In this document: positions 15,611 through 16,746 of the stretch, one piece after another
How the letters are laid out: each line of letters starts with the position of its first letter
How positions within the stretch are numbered: the stretch's first letter is position 1
Origin: a virus
Lineage: Duplodnaviria > Heunggongvirae > Uroviricota > Caudoviricetes
DNA: 16,746 nucleotides
Virus record (IMG/VR): IMGVR_UViG_2740892439_000018
Direction: 5' to 3' (one strand)
Position numbers and translations under genes: made by a program
The notes under the pieces: generated by a model
Told to the model about the DNA's origin: nothing
Database searches by the model: none
Seen by the model: only the letters and a program-made list of their open reading frames with translations

Positions 15611-15632
15611 TGACTGCACCACTGACTGCACA
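15611..15632. repeat. 22-bp arm-type repeat TGACTGCACCACTGACTGCACA (right arm, int promoter region)
   Basis: Exact copy of 693-714; lies 27 nt upstream of the int start and 127 bp inside attR. Confidence 0.6.
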
Positions 15633-15759
15633 CTTTAATATTACCCTATGAACAGAAATGAACAAAGGTAAACTAAAGAAACAACATTAATTATTTTATT
15701 CAATAAGTTATATAAACACTAACGAACCATGACAAACTGTAAGAAACATAGGTTTTGAT

Positions 15760-15839
15760 AATACGGCATGAACTAATTCAGGTTAGCTAAATGCTTGATT
15801 AAAAAGGCGCTACTCGGCATGGGGAAGCGCCTTTTTTAT
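15760..15839. repeat. attR: right copy of perfect 80-bp direct repeat
   Basis: Identical to 609-688; contains a second copy of the fis 3' end and terminator hairpin (about 15801-15839) just upstream of yhdJ. Confidence 0.88.
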
Positions 15840-15861
15840 AGGTGTCACAAAGGGAGTGACC

Positions 15862-16746
15862 ATGAGAACAGGATGTGAACCGACCCGGTTTGGTAATGAA
15901 GCTAAGACCATTATTCACGGTGATGCCCTTGCCGAACTTAAAAAGCTACCTACTGAAAGCGTCGATCTGATCTTTGCCGACCCACCGTATAACATCGGTA
16001 AAAATTTTGATGGTCTGATCGAAGCCTGGAAAGAAGATCTGTTTATCGACTGGCTGTTTGAAGTGATTGCAGAGTGCCACCGCGTTCTGAAAAAGCAGGG
16101 CAGCATGTACATTATGAACAGTACGGAAAACATGCCCTTTATCGATCTCCAGTGCCGCAAGCTTTTTACCATCAAAAGTCGCATCGTCTGGTCATATGAC
16201 AGTTCTGGAGTACAGGCGAAAAAACACTACGGCTCCATGTACGAACCCATCCTGATGATGGTGAAAGACGCAAAGAACTACACATTCAACGGTGATGCTA
16301 TTCTGGTAGAAGCCAAAACCGGATCGCAGCGCGCGTTGATCGATTATCGCAAAAATCCTCCACAGCCATACAATCATCAAAAAGTACCGGGTAACGTCTG
16401 GGATTTTCCGCGCGTGCGTTATTTAATGGATGAATATGAGAACCACCCGACGCAAAAACCGGAAGCCTTACTGAAACGCATTATTCTCGCCTCTTCCAAC
16501 CCAGGCGATATCGTTCTCGACCCGTTTGCCGGTAGCTTTACTACCGGTGCCGTAGCCATCGCCAGCGGACGAAAATTCATTGGTATTGAGATCAACAGCG
16601 AGTACATCAAAATGGGGCTTCGACGGCTGGATGTCGCGTCGCATTACTCCGCGGAAGAACTGGCGAAAGTGAAAAAAAGAAAGACGGGCAACCGGTCAAA
16701 ACGATGCCGGGTTAGCGAAGTTGACCCCGATCTCATTGCAAAGTAA
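15862..16746 (+). CDS. yhdJ: DNA adenine (N6) methyltransferase YhdJ
   Basis: Product MRTGCEPTRFGNE...FADPPYNIG... (DPPY motif) recognised as E. coli YhdJ; AGGGA Shine-Dalgarno before ATG 15862; the in-frame GTG at 15856 used by the ORF track is less likely. TAA at 16744-16746. Confidence 0.93.
   Translation: MRTGCEPTRFGNEAKTIIHGDALAELKKLPTESVDLIFADPPYNIGKNFDGLIEAWKEDLFIDWLFEVIAECHRVLKKQGSMYIMNSTENMPFIDLQCRKLFTIKSRIVWSYDSSGVQAKKHYGSMYEPILMMVKDAKNYTFNGDAILVEAKTGSQRALIDYRKNPPQPYNHQKVPGNVWDFPRVRYLMDEYENHPTQKPEALLKRIILASSNPGDIVLDPFAGSFTTGAVAIASGRKFIGIEINSEYIKMGLRRLDVASHYSAEELAKVKKRKTGNRSKRCRVSEVDPDLIAK

Larger units (their letters stand above)
689..15759. mobile_element. Integrated satellite-like genomic island, capsid-forming PICI-like (int, alpA, pri-rep plus ori, HK97-type head/packaging module, no tail genes)
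   Basis: Bounded by 80-bp direct repeats; tyrosine integrase adjacent to right repeat; replication, regulatory and head-morphogenesis genes inside; flanking genes fis and yhdJ are core chromosome. Confidence 0.82.

Noticed and set aside
15856-15861. GTG at 15856 as the yhdJ start
   Set aside because: The ATG at 15862 has better spacing to the AGGGA Shine-Dalgarno and matches the MRTGCEPTRF... N-terminus I recall for YhdJ.

Overview
The window is an E. coli-type dusB-fis ... yhdJ chromosomal locus interrupted by a ~15.1-kb integrated satellite-like island (about 689-15759). The island is bounded by perfect 80-bp direct repeats (609-688 and 15760-15839) that duplicate the fis 3' end and its terminator. 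It carries a P4-type tyrosine integrase at the right end, an AlpA-like regulator, a P4-alpha/D5-like primase-helicase abutting a 9-copy iteron array, and an HK97-type head and packaging module (major capsid, prohead protease, portal, connector, HNH, TerS, TerL) with no tail genes. That combination matches the published capsid-forming phage-inducible chromosomal island (cf-PICI) class, here apparently decaying: the capsid gene has two frameshifts and the left ~1 kb is non-coding but highly structured. The most interesting candidates for an undescribed system are an AT-rich, opposite-strand two-gene cassette (7965-9280) whose products share a C-terminal motif, and an AT-rich 245-aa gene translationally coupled to int. 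All calls rest on reading the sequence and the supplied ORF translations; no database search, HMM or composition computation was run.
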